From Psammoneis japonica (Eukaryota): DNA of 64,000 bases. Under the pieces are notes generated by a model. The model did no database searches. It was not told the DNA's origin and was given only the letters and a program-made list of their open reading frames with translations. The translations under genes were made by a program, and so were the position numbers. Location of the stretch: contig QPGO01000253.1 in the NCBI GenBank assembly GCA_008632985.1, forward strand, positions 1 through 64,000. The letters run 5' to 3'. Shown here piece by piece: positions 52,994 through 64,000 of the stretch. How positions within the stretch are numbered: position 1 is the stretch's first letter; each line of letters opens with the position of its first letter.

Positions 52994-53860
52994 ATGTTCA
53001 AAGCTCTCATTTGCACACCAAATAAGTCTCATCATAGACGACTGTTACTTTCTATAGTTCGACGTGGCATCACTACAGACAATGAATCGTTCTCGGATGC
53101 TACTTACAAAGGCTCAAGGGTTGATTTTCGTCCGAAACGAATTATTCTTTTACGTCATGGCGAGTCTCAGGGAAATGTCGATGAAGGAGCGTATGTTCAC
53201 ACGCCGGACTGGAAAATTTCTCTCACACCAAAGGGAAGGAAACAAGCACAGGAAGCAGGAAAGCAGTTGCGAGATCTAGTTGGGCCCGACGGAAAAGTTG
53301 TCATTTACGTGTCACCTTATGAACGAACTCGGCAAACGGTTGACATTATGTGTCAATCTCTTGACGACAGCAACATTATTAGCAAACGCGAAGAGCCTCG
53401 AATATCCGAGCAGCAATTTGGGAATTTTCAAAATGTACAACAAGTAATTGATGCAAAGTCAGAAAGGCATCGGTTTGGGCGATTTTACTACCGTTTTCCC
53501 TCCGGAGAAGCTGGTTTAGATGTTTATAGCCGGGTTTCATCCTTCATATCCACCTTGGTCAGAGACTGCCATCAGTACAGATATAATGGTTATGATTTGG
53601 AGAATATGAACATTGTGATTGTCACGCACGGACTAACCTTGCGGTTATTTCTCATGAGATGGTTTCAATTCAGTGTCAAGGAATTTGAAGAGTCCGAAAA
53701 CCCCGACAATGCTCAACTCACGATTCTCAACAAAAAGAGTTGTGTCGAAGACAACCACAGGTGGTATGAGTTAGATGACGATTCTAGAATAGCTCTGAGA
53801 CTGAATGAATCTTGCGGTATCCCGAAAAACGTCCTGTTGCATTCGTTAAAAGGAGAGTAA
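52994..53860 (+). CDS. Histidine phosphatase / PGAM-like protein (At3g05170/DET1-like)
   Basis: RPKRIILLRHGESQGN, YVSPYERTRQT, EPRISEQQFGNFQ, FGRFYYRFPSGE, IVTHGL. Confidence 0.9.
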   Translation: MFKALICTPNKSHHRRLLLSIVRRGITTDNESFSDATYKGSRVDFRPKRIILLRHGESQGNVDEGAYVHTPDWKISLTPKGRKQAQEAGKQLRDLVGPDGKVVIYVSPYERTRQTVDIMCQSLDDSNIISKREEPRISEQQFGNFQNVQQVIDAKSERHRFGRFYYRFPSGEAGLDVYSRVSSFISTLVRDCHQYRYNGYDLENMNIVIVTHGLTLRLFLMRWFQFSVKEFEESENPDNAQLTILNKKSCVEDNHRWYELDDDSRIALRLNESCGIPKNVLLHSLKGE

Positions 53861-53920
53861 CATAGAAAGACGAGACGTACTACAGTCACACGCATTAATT
53901 TAATTTTTAGTAAATGCACT

Positions 53921-56900
53921 TCAGTAAAGTAGTAGCCCTCGAGATGTGGACACGGGCTCCACCTTCTTCACAGGCGCGGTCGCTTTCTTCAGTAGTTTGA
54001 ACAAGCCGGTTCCGAGGGGAATGGGAATGCCCATGATGATACATTCACTGACACCCACGATCGCATCAGTACGTCCATGAACAGCTGCGTCGAATAAATG
54101 GTCTGTTGTTTTCTCAAAGGACGCTAACATCAGAACGCTTTCTCTCATTTTGGAAACACCAAATCGAGTGATACCAAGAACCTCGCCCTTAAAAGTCATT
54201 ACGTCAGAAAGCAGGAGCAAATGCCGACTGTCAATACCAATGCCATATGCGTTCATGATGTAGGAAATTTCGTTGGAAATCTGGGTCCTTGCGGCCTCTA
54301 CACCAAGTGTCTGTTCGACTTCAATAATGTGGTTCGTGGTGGTATGTCTTCCATCTACGCCAGGCGATCCCATCACCTCGGCAAGACCGTAACCTTCGAC
54401 AAGCAGGTGATAGGACGTCTTTCCATTCTTCTGCTCCTCGTTGATAACAGCCCGATTCACGGATGGAATCCCTTGCACAATCACTAACGGAAGCGAGACC
54501 TTAAGAGCCTGCATTACAAAGTAGAGTGAGGTTGGACCGGTGCTAGTCTTCTGACCACTGCGGTTTGGGGCATAAATTCGGAGCTTTGATGTTGATCCCT
54601 TCTTGACCTTAACATGCTCGTCCCTTAAGTGTCTCAACACCTGAGGCCTTGTCTGGCCTCGTGATCCATTGAGAATTGCGTCTCTAACAGATCGTGCATC
54701 AATGTTGAGTTTGAGTTGTTCGATTGCGTCTAGATCAAGTTGCACCGACAGATAGCACTTCCCAGGTGCATACACTTCCTTGATGTAGGTGGATATCTCA
54801 CCCAATGTTGTTTTCTCAATCCCAGCTTTTACAACTCGTGCACCGACTTTGTTGTCGTCCTGCTGCAGCCTTGCTGTAATAATGGGAGTCGATATCAGCT
54901 TCGACGCATTGATGATTTCCTTCAACCGAGGAACTCCCAAAGTAACATTCATAGATGATACACCGGCAAAATGAAAAGTCTAGATCAAAAGTAAGCGAAG
55001 CAAGAATGAGTGTTGAGCGAGATCAGGAATGAAAGCGGTCGCAAAATCATCTACGGTTCACACCTTGAGTGTCATTTGTGTACCGGGTTCACTGATGCTT
55101 TGAGCTCCAGTCGCTCCCACCGCTTCACCTGGCTCGACGTAAGCACTGGTGTACTTCAGATAAGCCGCATCGATGAGGGAATCGGCTTGTGTTTTTGTTA
55201 ACCTGCAACTATTCCAACTGAGACGCTCAACGTCCTCCTCAGTGATGTAGACGTTGTCGATCAACTCGTTATGCTTATCAATGATTGATCGAAAGAAGTT
55301 CCGGATTTCGTCGTGAAACATGAGCCCTTTTGGGAGAAGATTTTGGAAGCGGTCTGCAGCTAAACGTTCGTCCACGAGAGACAAGAGGGCATCTTCCCGT
55401 AGTCCTAACTCATCAGGACATGGGAGCGTCTGCGTAATGTGCAAATACAAACGGTCAAAGTCAATCGGTCTGTCATTATTTTCCATCTTGGAGGGATTCA
55501 ATGAATCGTCTCCATAGACGAACTGGACAACAGTGTTCTCGCTATTCCTAACAGAGGAATCGTATTGCAAAGATAAATCCTCGAGTGCCTGAGGTCAAAG
55601 ATACAAAGCGTCAAGTCATGAGATAACACAAGCATGTGACAATGCCAATTAGACAGAAGTCAGTCCATACCTTCATTAGACGGCGTGCCATATAGCCAGT
55701 CTCAGCAGTTTTCACGGCCGTGTCTACAAGTCCTTCGCGTCCGCCCATTGTATGAAAAAAGAATTCGGTCGCCGTCAACCCGGTGTAGAAGCTATTGGCA
55801 ACAAAACCCTTGGCAGAAGGAGTCAAACTGTGATATTCAAAGTGCGGCAGTGTTCGATTCACAAATCCATTCTGAATACGCATTCCTCCCACCGCCTGCT
55901 GTCCCACACAGGCAATCATTTGGGAAATGTTCAGAGGACTTCCCTTTGATCCACACTCTGCCATGATACGGGGCGTATTCGTCCATACCAATGCTTTCAT
56001 GGCTTCTTGCCCTGCAGATTCACGAAGCTTGCCGAGAATTCCATTCAAGATTTCTTCCAGTGATTGGAGGAGGTCACAGCCCGGGCGAAGTTCCAATTCT
56101 CCCTTGTCGTACAACTCAATACTCTCTGTCGCCTGCACGGATATTAAGGGCAATGATTTAGATAGACAGACACAAAAAAACAGCTTCAATCCAAACACAC
56201 GACGTATCATTGCGCTCACCTTTCGGTATCCGTCGGACAGAATTTCGTTCTTCAAGTCACGGAGTTCGCCCGAGGGAGTAACGTCAGAAATCCCGATGGA
56301 AAAGCCTTTATGACCTCCAAAATATCTCGAACAAAGCTTCGCAAAGCGATCCATCAGCCGCGCCGCTTCTACCGCTCCGCAATCTCGAAGAAGGACGTAG
56401 AGCAAGCCCGACTTGCTCCCGTCACCAATAGTCTTCTTCGCAACGTTCCCACTGATTAACTCACTGTTGCGAAAGGCCACCCATCCATCGTTTGGGCAAA
56501 AGTGCTTGCGCTTCAATTGAGAGTCGTAATTCTTTTCTTTGGACTCAAAGTTGATGAGGGTTTTGCTCTCCTTATTGGGACGAAGTAGCATTGTAAAGAG
56601 CTGCTTCCCGGTCCACAACGGAACCGGTTTCCATATCGCCGGCAATGGGATATCGATTTGTTCAGTTGCGTCTCCAAAATACGCCACCAATGTACAGAAC
56701 TTTTCGCGCGAGAAGAACTGGTCACGTTGGGTAACAAGATAAGCAGCAGAGAGAAAATCTTGACTGGCAGCGACAAGCGGCTCCCCGTTGCGTGGAGTCA
56801 CTAGGTTGTGGTGCACTCCCATGAGGAGTGAGGCTTCAGCTCGAGCTTCTTCGGTTTGCGGAAGATGAAGGTTCATTTCATCTCCGTCAAAATCAGCATT

Positions 56901-58550
56901 GTAAGGTGCACATACGCAAATGTTGAATCGGAACGTGCGCCACTCCATAACTTTCACCTTGTGCGACATGATTGAGAGCTTGTGAAGTGAGGGTTGTCTG
57001 TTGAAGAGCACAACGTCTCCGTCCTCCATATGCCTTTCCACAATATCCCCCACTCGCAACTGCTTCGCAGCCTTCTCCTTATCCCCAAATGCCAATGACT
57101 TCACAAAGCCATCACCCGACATTCGAATCAGATTGGCTCCGGGATGCACATGCGGACCATTCCTCACGCGTTGGCGAAGCTTTTCAATGTTGTATCTCGA
57201 AACGCGTTCTGCAGCAAAGATGAGAGTCGAAAGAGTCAGAAGAAAGCATTTACAAATGGCTGTTCGCTAAAAGAAAATTGTCGTACCTGGATAAGTCATT
57301 ATCTTTGCAACATGTTTAGGAACTCCTACTTGATCAACACTGAGGTTCGGATCTGGCGAAATGACAGTTCTGCCAGAAAAATCAACACGTTTTCCAGACA
57401 AGTTACCACGAAACCGTCCCTGTTTGCCTTTGAGTCTCTGGCACAGTCCCCGCATAGGTTTCGTCCCGATGGGTCTTTGCAATCCTGGCATCTCACCATT
57501 TATATACTGTGCGACCTGCACCTGGAGGAAGTCGTACTCTTCAATGATGGTTCTCGTATGTGGTGATCCTTTGGTGAGGGCGAGCTCAAGAGCTGCGTTG
57601 ATATCAATAATCTCTTGAAGCTTGACAGTGAGATCATCTTCGTTACTGCCTCCACCGACATCCATGGCAACAGAGGGACGAATGGGAACCGGGGGGACGA
57701 GAATGTTTTGAAGAATCAGATTCTCTGGTCGACCAATGAGAGGATCAATCCAAAGGATCTCGCAGTCATCATCGGGCATCATGGAGAACAACTCCAGCAC
57801 TCTTGTCGGAAGTAAGTCTTCTACAGGTGGATTGCTCCCATATACCACTGGCGCGATATCCTTGTTGAGCTTCATTGCGGATTCAAGGCTTTCTATGAGA
57901 TCCTCCATCTCACCGTCCAAGTGCTTGCCTTTTGCTCTGTACTTTTCGTGTACGAGTTTAAGAGTGGGAGCGCCGGACACCTTTTTGACTGTTCCATTTG
58001 CAGCATGACAATGTGGGCAGTGCCGAGCCTTTTTGCATTTCTCTACCACTTTTTTCAAGGCGCTCGACTTGGCAAGAACGTCGGTGCGTGGGTTCCTCAT
58101 CCTGCGAAGCTGTTGCTCTCGTTCAGTATCTGTCAAGAGTACTCTGGCGCAAGTCTTACAGATACACTGCAGAATCTGTAATGTGTGCTTAAGAAATCCG
58201 ATATGAAAGACCGGCAGAGCCAACTGAACGTATCCGTAGTGTCCGGCACAATCGACTAGCTTGCGCTTGCACGTTGCACACGAGGACACCTTGTCTGACA
58301 CACCCAAACGAGGGTCGAGACACCCACCTACAGCCGGAGTTCTCGATGGCATACTGAACAGTTCCCGAGAGCACACTTGAAATTCAGAAAGACGACGCAT
58401 CTCAGCAGGAGAGAGAAGACCAAATTGAAGGTGGGAGATCTTCTTTGGAGCCATGTCTTCCTTTACGAGGCGCTTTTCGGACACGGTCGGAATGTCCTCA
58501 TTTTCGTTAGCGTTTCCGTGCAGCTCGTTGGTACGAGAACGTGAAGCCAT
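53921..58550 (-). CDS. RPC1: RNA polymerase III largest subunit; exons 58550-57287, 57208-56220, 56132-55671, 55588-55064, 54979-53921
   Basis: C-x2-C...[75 protein letters not shown]; no CTD heptads. Confidence 0.96.
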
Positions 58551-58650
58551 ATTCTCTCAAGTTTCCAGACTTCTATCAGGTTCGCAAACAAGAAGCGCAC
58601 TTTTAACGTCAAACTACCTTTGACGCCATGGGCCGGCCATGCAAGCCCAT

Positions 58651-61600
58651 GGAGCGATTGTACAAACCATTTTCTGGTGGCCCTGTAGCGACTGGTATTA
58701 TCGCACATACGTCACTTTGTACCAGTCTCTACGTCAACATGTGCTTTGTCAAATCACATCATCAGCACGCACCACCGCTCACATGCGGTGTCGGGGCGGC
58801 ATCGACGATGACACAGTAACAAACAGAGAATGGGTGTCGGCAGTTGCACCAGCATCTTGTGGAAGACAGTGAAGATCCCTGTGGATTTAGCACTGTGTGC
58901 AATCGAGCGCATGAAAGCCTTGGAGTACGACGAAAGCGTCGCAAACAACACTGGCAGCGAGCAGGAGAGTTTTCGTGCTGCCGATGCCACTCAAGTGCCG
59001 CCGGCGCAGCGACTGAAGATTGCCTTTGATGCAAACTTGCTTGGCTACAAATTCCTTGGTGATCGATCTTCGTTTGATCCATGTTATGGTGTGTTTCACA
59101 TTGTGGAGGCCTTTTCAAACGAACTCGTCGACGGAGTCATTGGTGTGGACAACCCAACGTGCCGTCACCCATCAAAGCGGGCCACGTGCAGTCGCAGCAG
59201 TGATCGTGCCAAGGCAGCAATGCGCCTTGTAATTCAAAGAGCTAATCTGCAAACACTGCTGAGCCAACAAAACATTGAAAGCGCAGCAACTCATGCCGAG
59301 GAGGTTGACACCGTCCAGAAAAAAACATGCAGCCTTGAGAGAATGCTCGAACGTCGCTTCCCCGGCAATTTTCACGAGCGACTGCGTGGGCCAGTTAATG
59401 AGTGCAGTCCGCAAGGGAAGGGAAATGTGGAGTGCTTTGTGGCTCCATCTCAGGCAGACCCTTGCCTTGCAAAGCTTCTAGTGGACGGCAAGGTCGATGC
59501 CCTTGCAAGCGATGACTCGGATTTTCCAATGTGTGTTGGGCCAAATGGACGAGACCTGATGACAAAGGACATGCATGCAACAAAAACAAGAGAACCCATC
59601 AAGTCTTGCAGACTGGCCACCGGTCAACAGCGTATTGCAGACATGTTAGAAAAAAATTTGGCTCCTGAGTCACTGCATTCACCGTTCAAGCGTGTCAGAA
59701 AGAGCACAGAATTTGATGGCTGCACCCCAAAGGAAGGCCACGCAACATTCAGTGGAGTGGATGATCCCATGGTTCGTGTTTTGTCAGGCATGGTGGTTGG
59801 TTGTGATGCGTGCCCCAAGGGCGTCGCTGGCAGTGGCCCGGCCGCAGCTCGCGCATTGATGAAAAAGCATTGTGACAAGACCGGTGAAGCACTCCATGAC
59901 GCTCTTGCAGAGGACACATGTGCAATGAAGGGGGCAACTGTCAAGGACAAGGAGGCAGTGTTGACACTGGCAAAGTCAGTTTTGCATGAGAAAACTCACG
60001 ACGGTGGATACACACATGGGAAGGAACCGGCCATTCTGGAAGATTGCGACAAAGATTTCGCCTCGGAAGGAACTGGGATGGTGCAAGGACCGGCGATTGA
60101 AATGTGCAACGGGTGCACAGGTGAAAAGCATCCCTTCTTGTTGGCTGAGGGTGCTTGGAACTGTGCTGTGTGTCAATCTACCCTCTGCCAGTTTTGTCAC
60201 ATGGTGGAAAAGGATGAAGTGCCTGGTGGTGATGACAGAGTGCTGTGTTTGGCATGCGTGCGTGGAGAAATTGTTGGCATGGACAGCGGAAAAGATGAAA
60301 AGGAAATGCGCAAGGAACTTGCTGCTCGGGGCACTCATGTCGTAGCCTCTGCGACATGTGTGGAGGTCCACAGTCTCTGGGAGGATCTTCAAGATGGGCC
60401 ACTCGACCATTTTGAAAAAGACATTGACAGCGTTTTGTGTCCCCTCCGGAAGACCAAGGCACTCCATCCGTCGCAACCAGATTTTGACCGAAAGAAAACT
60501 GTGCCCGTGGAAAACTTGCACGAATTGATTGGAGATGAAGACTTGCCTTTGTCGCTCGTTGTGGGTTTCGCACACATCCTTGCATCGTTCACTGAGATGC
60601 CACCACGTCCCAAAGGTCAGAAACTGTCGTGCAGGCATGTTCTTCCAAAAAACATTGTGGAAATTGCAAACAATTCCAGAGTCCATGAGGGGCATCGGAT
60701 GTGTTCGAGAGCCATTCGACATGCAGAGGACAGTGGCACACCTGACATCCTTCTGGGGAATCTGACTCTTGCAACTTGCGAAGGAAAAGTCTGTGTTGTT
60801 CTAAGCAATGAGATCCTTGCTTCCTTCAAGACTGTGAAGCATCTGGGTTCCACTGCATTCAATGGAGATGAGCTCATTTCGACTTCATGCCCGTGTCGAG
60901 TGGGATGCACGAACGACAAGGTCGGCAATGAGAATGGACTCGGCGAGTCACGTGCAGCATGCACGCATTGCTTTGGGAGGATGACTCAATTTAGCGACCT
61001 CATGCATCGCAGCAATGGAACAATGTCGAAATGGGCACTTGTCAGCTTGCGGAGTCGCTTGAGAAAGGGGGGTTCTGAATGTTCATTGGACAGCAACGCG
61101 AAACGGCAGTTGAGAGACGACACAGTTCTCCTGGTTGAATCCACCGGCAAGCAACCTCCAATCTTGAAGGCAGATGACACGTTGCTTGATTTGTTGAATG
61201 ATTGTGCATCTACAACAGACTTGAAAAGGCTGTCGCCCAAGGAGGCGAAGACTCGTGACCTCGGTCTTTTGCGAGAAAAAGCGAAGTGCAAGAGTCCGGC
61301 TGCGAGATGAGAAAAACGATCAATGGAGCGTAATGACGACACTGCAGCAAATGATGCATCGGCAACATCAGGCGCTCCAGAGCCAATGCCATCCTGCACC
61401 TTCGGCCCAGACAGAATCGCATCGGAGATTAGAAACACACCAAGGGGCACGGCAACTCCTGAAGAGTGCAAGGCGGATGTCGTTGCCATGAGAGCAATTT
61501 CAATGTTGTTTGGTTCGGAAACTTTCAAATCGCTTCATCCAAAGAGCCACACCGAAAAGATCAAGGAAAAAAAGATGCCATCTGGGTTTGCATTGTGTCT

Positions 61601-63849
61601 TGATCGTTCTGAGAATGACACTCACCGTGATGATGTTGTTGATTACAGTGAACAGCATGAGGAGGCAACTTCAGCAATGCGGCAGTTGGAATCTCTGTCA
61701 GTGGAGCATTCAGAGAGGCGCGGCCGAGTGCACAAGAGAGCCAGAGACTCAGAGAAGCGTCGACGACCAACAAAGATTTGTGGCCCATTGTCAGAAGTTG
61801 GCAACTCATGTGGTGCTGCTAGTCTCGTCAAAGCGAAACGACCATGGCAATCCGTGTCCACCACCAGCGACACCCAAGCCAATGAGAAAGCTGGGAAATG
61901 TTGTTGTCACAAAGAGTGCAGCAACAACGATGCAAATTACAATGGCAAGTTCAAAATGCATTGAGGATCTGGTGCTCACACTGCTGATTGCATCGTTGCT
62001 GACAACTGCGAAACGATGCTGTTTCGATTGCTTTGGTGCAGGACAATTTGCCTGAATTGCAGATCACCCACCAGTGCTCCCTGGCAAACCCAGCATCAAT
62101 CATTTGAAAACTTACAGAAAAAAGCAGTGGGTTCGTCGGGAGACTGCTGATCATCTTGGGTTCGGATGGGCGGGTGCTGATCACCTCAAACAGCTTCAAC
62201 CATGCGATCAGCACGAAATGGAGTGCACAAAGTTGGTGACTCTTGATGTGACGGTGCCAAAATCTGATGGCATGACAGCGACGGAAAAGGTGACCGTTGA
62301 CCCTTTTTTGGCCCCGGCACCTCTCAGTGCTTTGAGTTTCAACACGCCAACAAAGGGCACTCGCGCGTCCAGCGGAAATGGCACAGAACATGAAATCCTG
62401 CGGCACGTGTTGAACATGAGCAAACGGGAAGCTTCATTGACGCCGCAAATGCAAATTGCTCTTGCAAAGGAGCAGCTTCTGAATGGTGTGGACCGTGACA
62501 AAGAGAACAAACAACCAGAAGAGTTGGGGTGTGGGGACGAGATGAATTCGAAGGAGTCCAAGCCACCCAAAATCAATCTGTTCGATTTGAGTCCGAGTGA
62601 AGTCAAACGACGGACGGGATTTGAAGACTTGAAGCACCTGTTGAGCTGCAGCATTGTTTGTTGTGAGGGCAACTTGGACAAGATGGTAGAGACTGCAACG
62701 TGCTTGACATTCTTGGAGGAATTGATTCTCATGTACGAGCACACGCACGGTCGGACTCGCTCGCATTGGGAAGACATTGAAAAGGATTGGGGTGCCAACT
62801 GCAGGACCTTGCAAAAGGTGATTGATCACCGTCTGCAAAAAGAACTGGAGTGTCGGGAGAGATGGCCGATGCATGCCTCCTGTGCCGAAGACGCCAAGTT
62901 TCGTGATGAGAGATGGAATCAGCACTTCAGTCCGGTCGATGGACATCGTGTCATCATGCATGACGGAACGAATGTCCCGCTTCTTGATCCAAGCTCAGGC
63001 GATTTAAATCGAGCGCTTCACAATGTCCACCATGACATGTGTTGTGCAAAGGCTGGTGCAGCTGTGCAGCTGTGCAATTGGATTCTCGGCTTGCCGCTGG
63101 TGACGGGACACTGCGACGATGATCAGCTAATCAGATTCAGCAAGATGCTCGAATTGCAAAAGAACTTTGCAGACAACGACCCAGTTTCAGCTGGCGGCCA
63201 TGGCAAAAATGCAGCAATTGAAGAATTTCTGAACATGTTCGACAAAGGTCATCACATGCTTCTGGAAGCAAAAAGGCTGGGTCAACGTTGCTTGCAACCG
63301 ACAAAGTCGATTCTTTGATGGGCGGTGATGCAACCCTTGTTCAGCATCTGTGGCAGTGGTTGGATCAGGCAATGAGCGTGGCGTGAAGCGTTGCAAACTG
63401 TCTTGGATGCTCAAGCGAGGAATGCAAGACAAGCTGTGCAACGTTGATCGGCTTTGTGATGTTTGGGAGGCATGGAGCTTCCGCGTCAATTTCATGCACG
63501 AAGGCTTCCAGTGAAGCACGACATTCTGGTGCATGCGATCAGATGCTGCGCTCCACTTGCAGTGTTTTGTGTGGGGAACGAACAACAACAAAGTCTCTAA
63601 CCCAGTTCTCTGTGTGACCCACCGCCTGCTCACTCTAAGAGGGCCCCGGTGTCAGCACCCACCGTACGGCAAACTGAGTCTGTTGTCACTGTCAGTGCCG
63701 TGGTGGTGCTGCACCGGTGCTCACCGTATGTCCGTCGCCATCAGATTTGTGACGTAGGCATTCAGTACAAAGAAGACGTAACATGTACGATAATACCAGG
63801 CCAACGTGCTTTTTACGGGGCCACCAGAAAATGGAAATACAATCGCTCC
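58651..63849 (+). mobile_element. Full-length ISL2EU/PHIS-like DNA transposon (5199 bp)
   Basis: Termini GGAGCGATTGTA...TACAATCGCTCC; imperfect TIRs 58651-58736 and 63750-63849; AT on both flanks (58649-50, 63850-51); internal DDE_Tnp_4 transposase. Confidence 0.9.
58830..63514 (+). pseudogene. Mutated transposon polyprotein: XPG/FEN1-like nuclease - Cys finger - SAP-like - SWIM - THAP-like - HTH - DDE transposase; intron 61945-62041
   Basis: Nuclease: MGV, IAFDAN, VDNP..HPSKRAT, VAPSQADP..L...GKVDALASDDSDF, GCD..PKGVAGSGP. SWIM: CPC...CTH. THAP-like: CCHKEC...CDQH. Transposase: RRTGF, IMHDGTNVP, TGHCDD, DKG, NERGVKRCK. Broken by two TGA codons (61308, 62053) and two 1-nt deletions near 63301-63340. 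Confidence 0.82.
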
Positions 63850-64000
63850 ATGCTTCGTGCGTGCTTCATAACCTTACCGCCCGCCTGTGCGTGCTTCGTT
63901 GGTGCGTAGTCGTCGGTCGTACGATGTTTGTACGGTGTACGGTACCGTATTGTAGCAAGGATTTATAAGTCTGTCAGGATGTACAAGCTGCGTGGAACGC

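Noticed and set aside
56133..56219. 29-aa insertion in RPC1 shown in the ORF track
   Set aside because: It is an 87-nt GT-AG intron that happens to be in frame and stop-free.
58830..61310. Host EXO1/XPG gene
   Set aside because: Lies inside the TIRs, is in frame with the transposase and carries the repeat-type mutation signature.

Overview
Eukaryotic nuclear DNA, most likely from a diatom. This is inferred from the compact genes, short GT-AG introns and diatom-type transposon families. About 19 host genes are present: REV1, a nitronate monooxygenase-like gene, a PIP/UBZ-AlkB dioxygenase, RAD23, ATG12, DegP-like, a PWI/RS splicing factor, DBP2/DDX5, an ABM-domain gene, PGAM5, two further histidine phosphatases, SNM1, RPC1 and others. 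They are interleaved with five repeat/transposon-derived blocks (~1-16050, ~25400-29770, ~41075-42110, ~44590-47600, 58651-63849). Two things stand out. (1) All five blocks are almost devoid of TpA and enriched in TpG/CpA. Conserved Tyr residues read as Cys/His and a GTAAGT donor reads GCAAGT. In the youngest element TpA is lost while CpG is retained. This points to a repeat-targeted A:T->G:C (TpA/WA) hypermutation process, of opposite polarity to fungal RIP. (2) A complete 5.2-kb DNA transposon (AT TSD, ~90-100-bp imperfect TIRs, ISL2EU/PHIS-like) can be reconstructed as one ~1530-codon spliced ORF fusing an XPG/FEN1/EXO1 5'-nuclease, a Cys finger, SWIM, THAP, HTH and a DDE_Tnp_4 transposase. 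Several host genes carry single-base frameshifts that are probably assembly errors. All domain calls come from reading motifs by eye; no searches were run.
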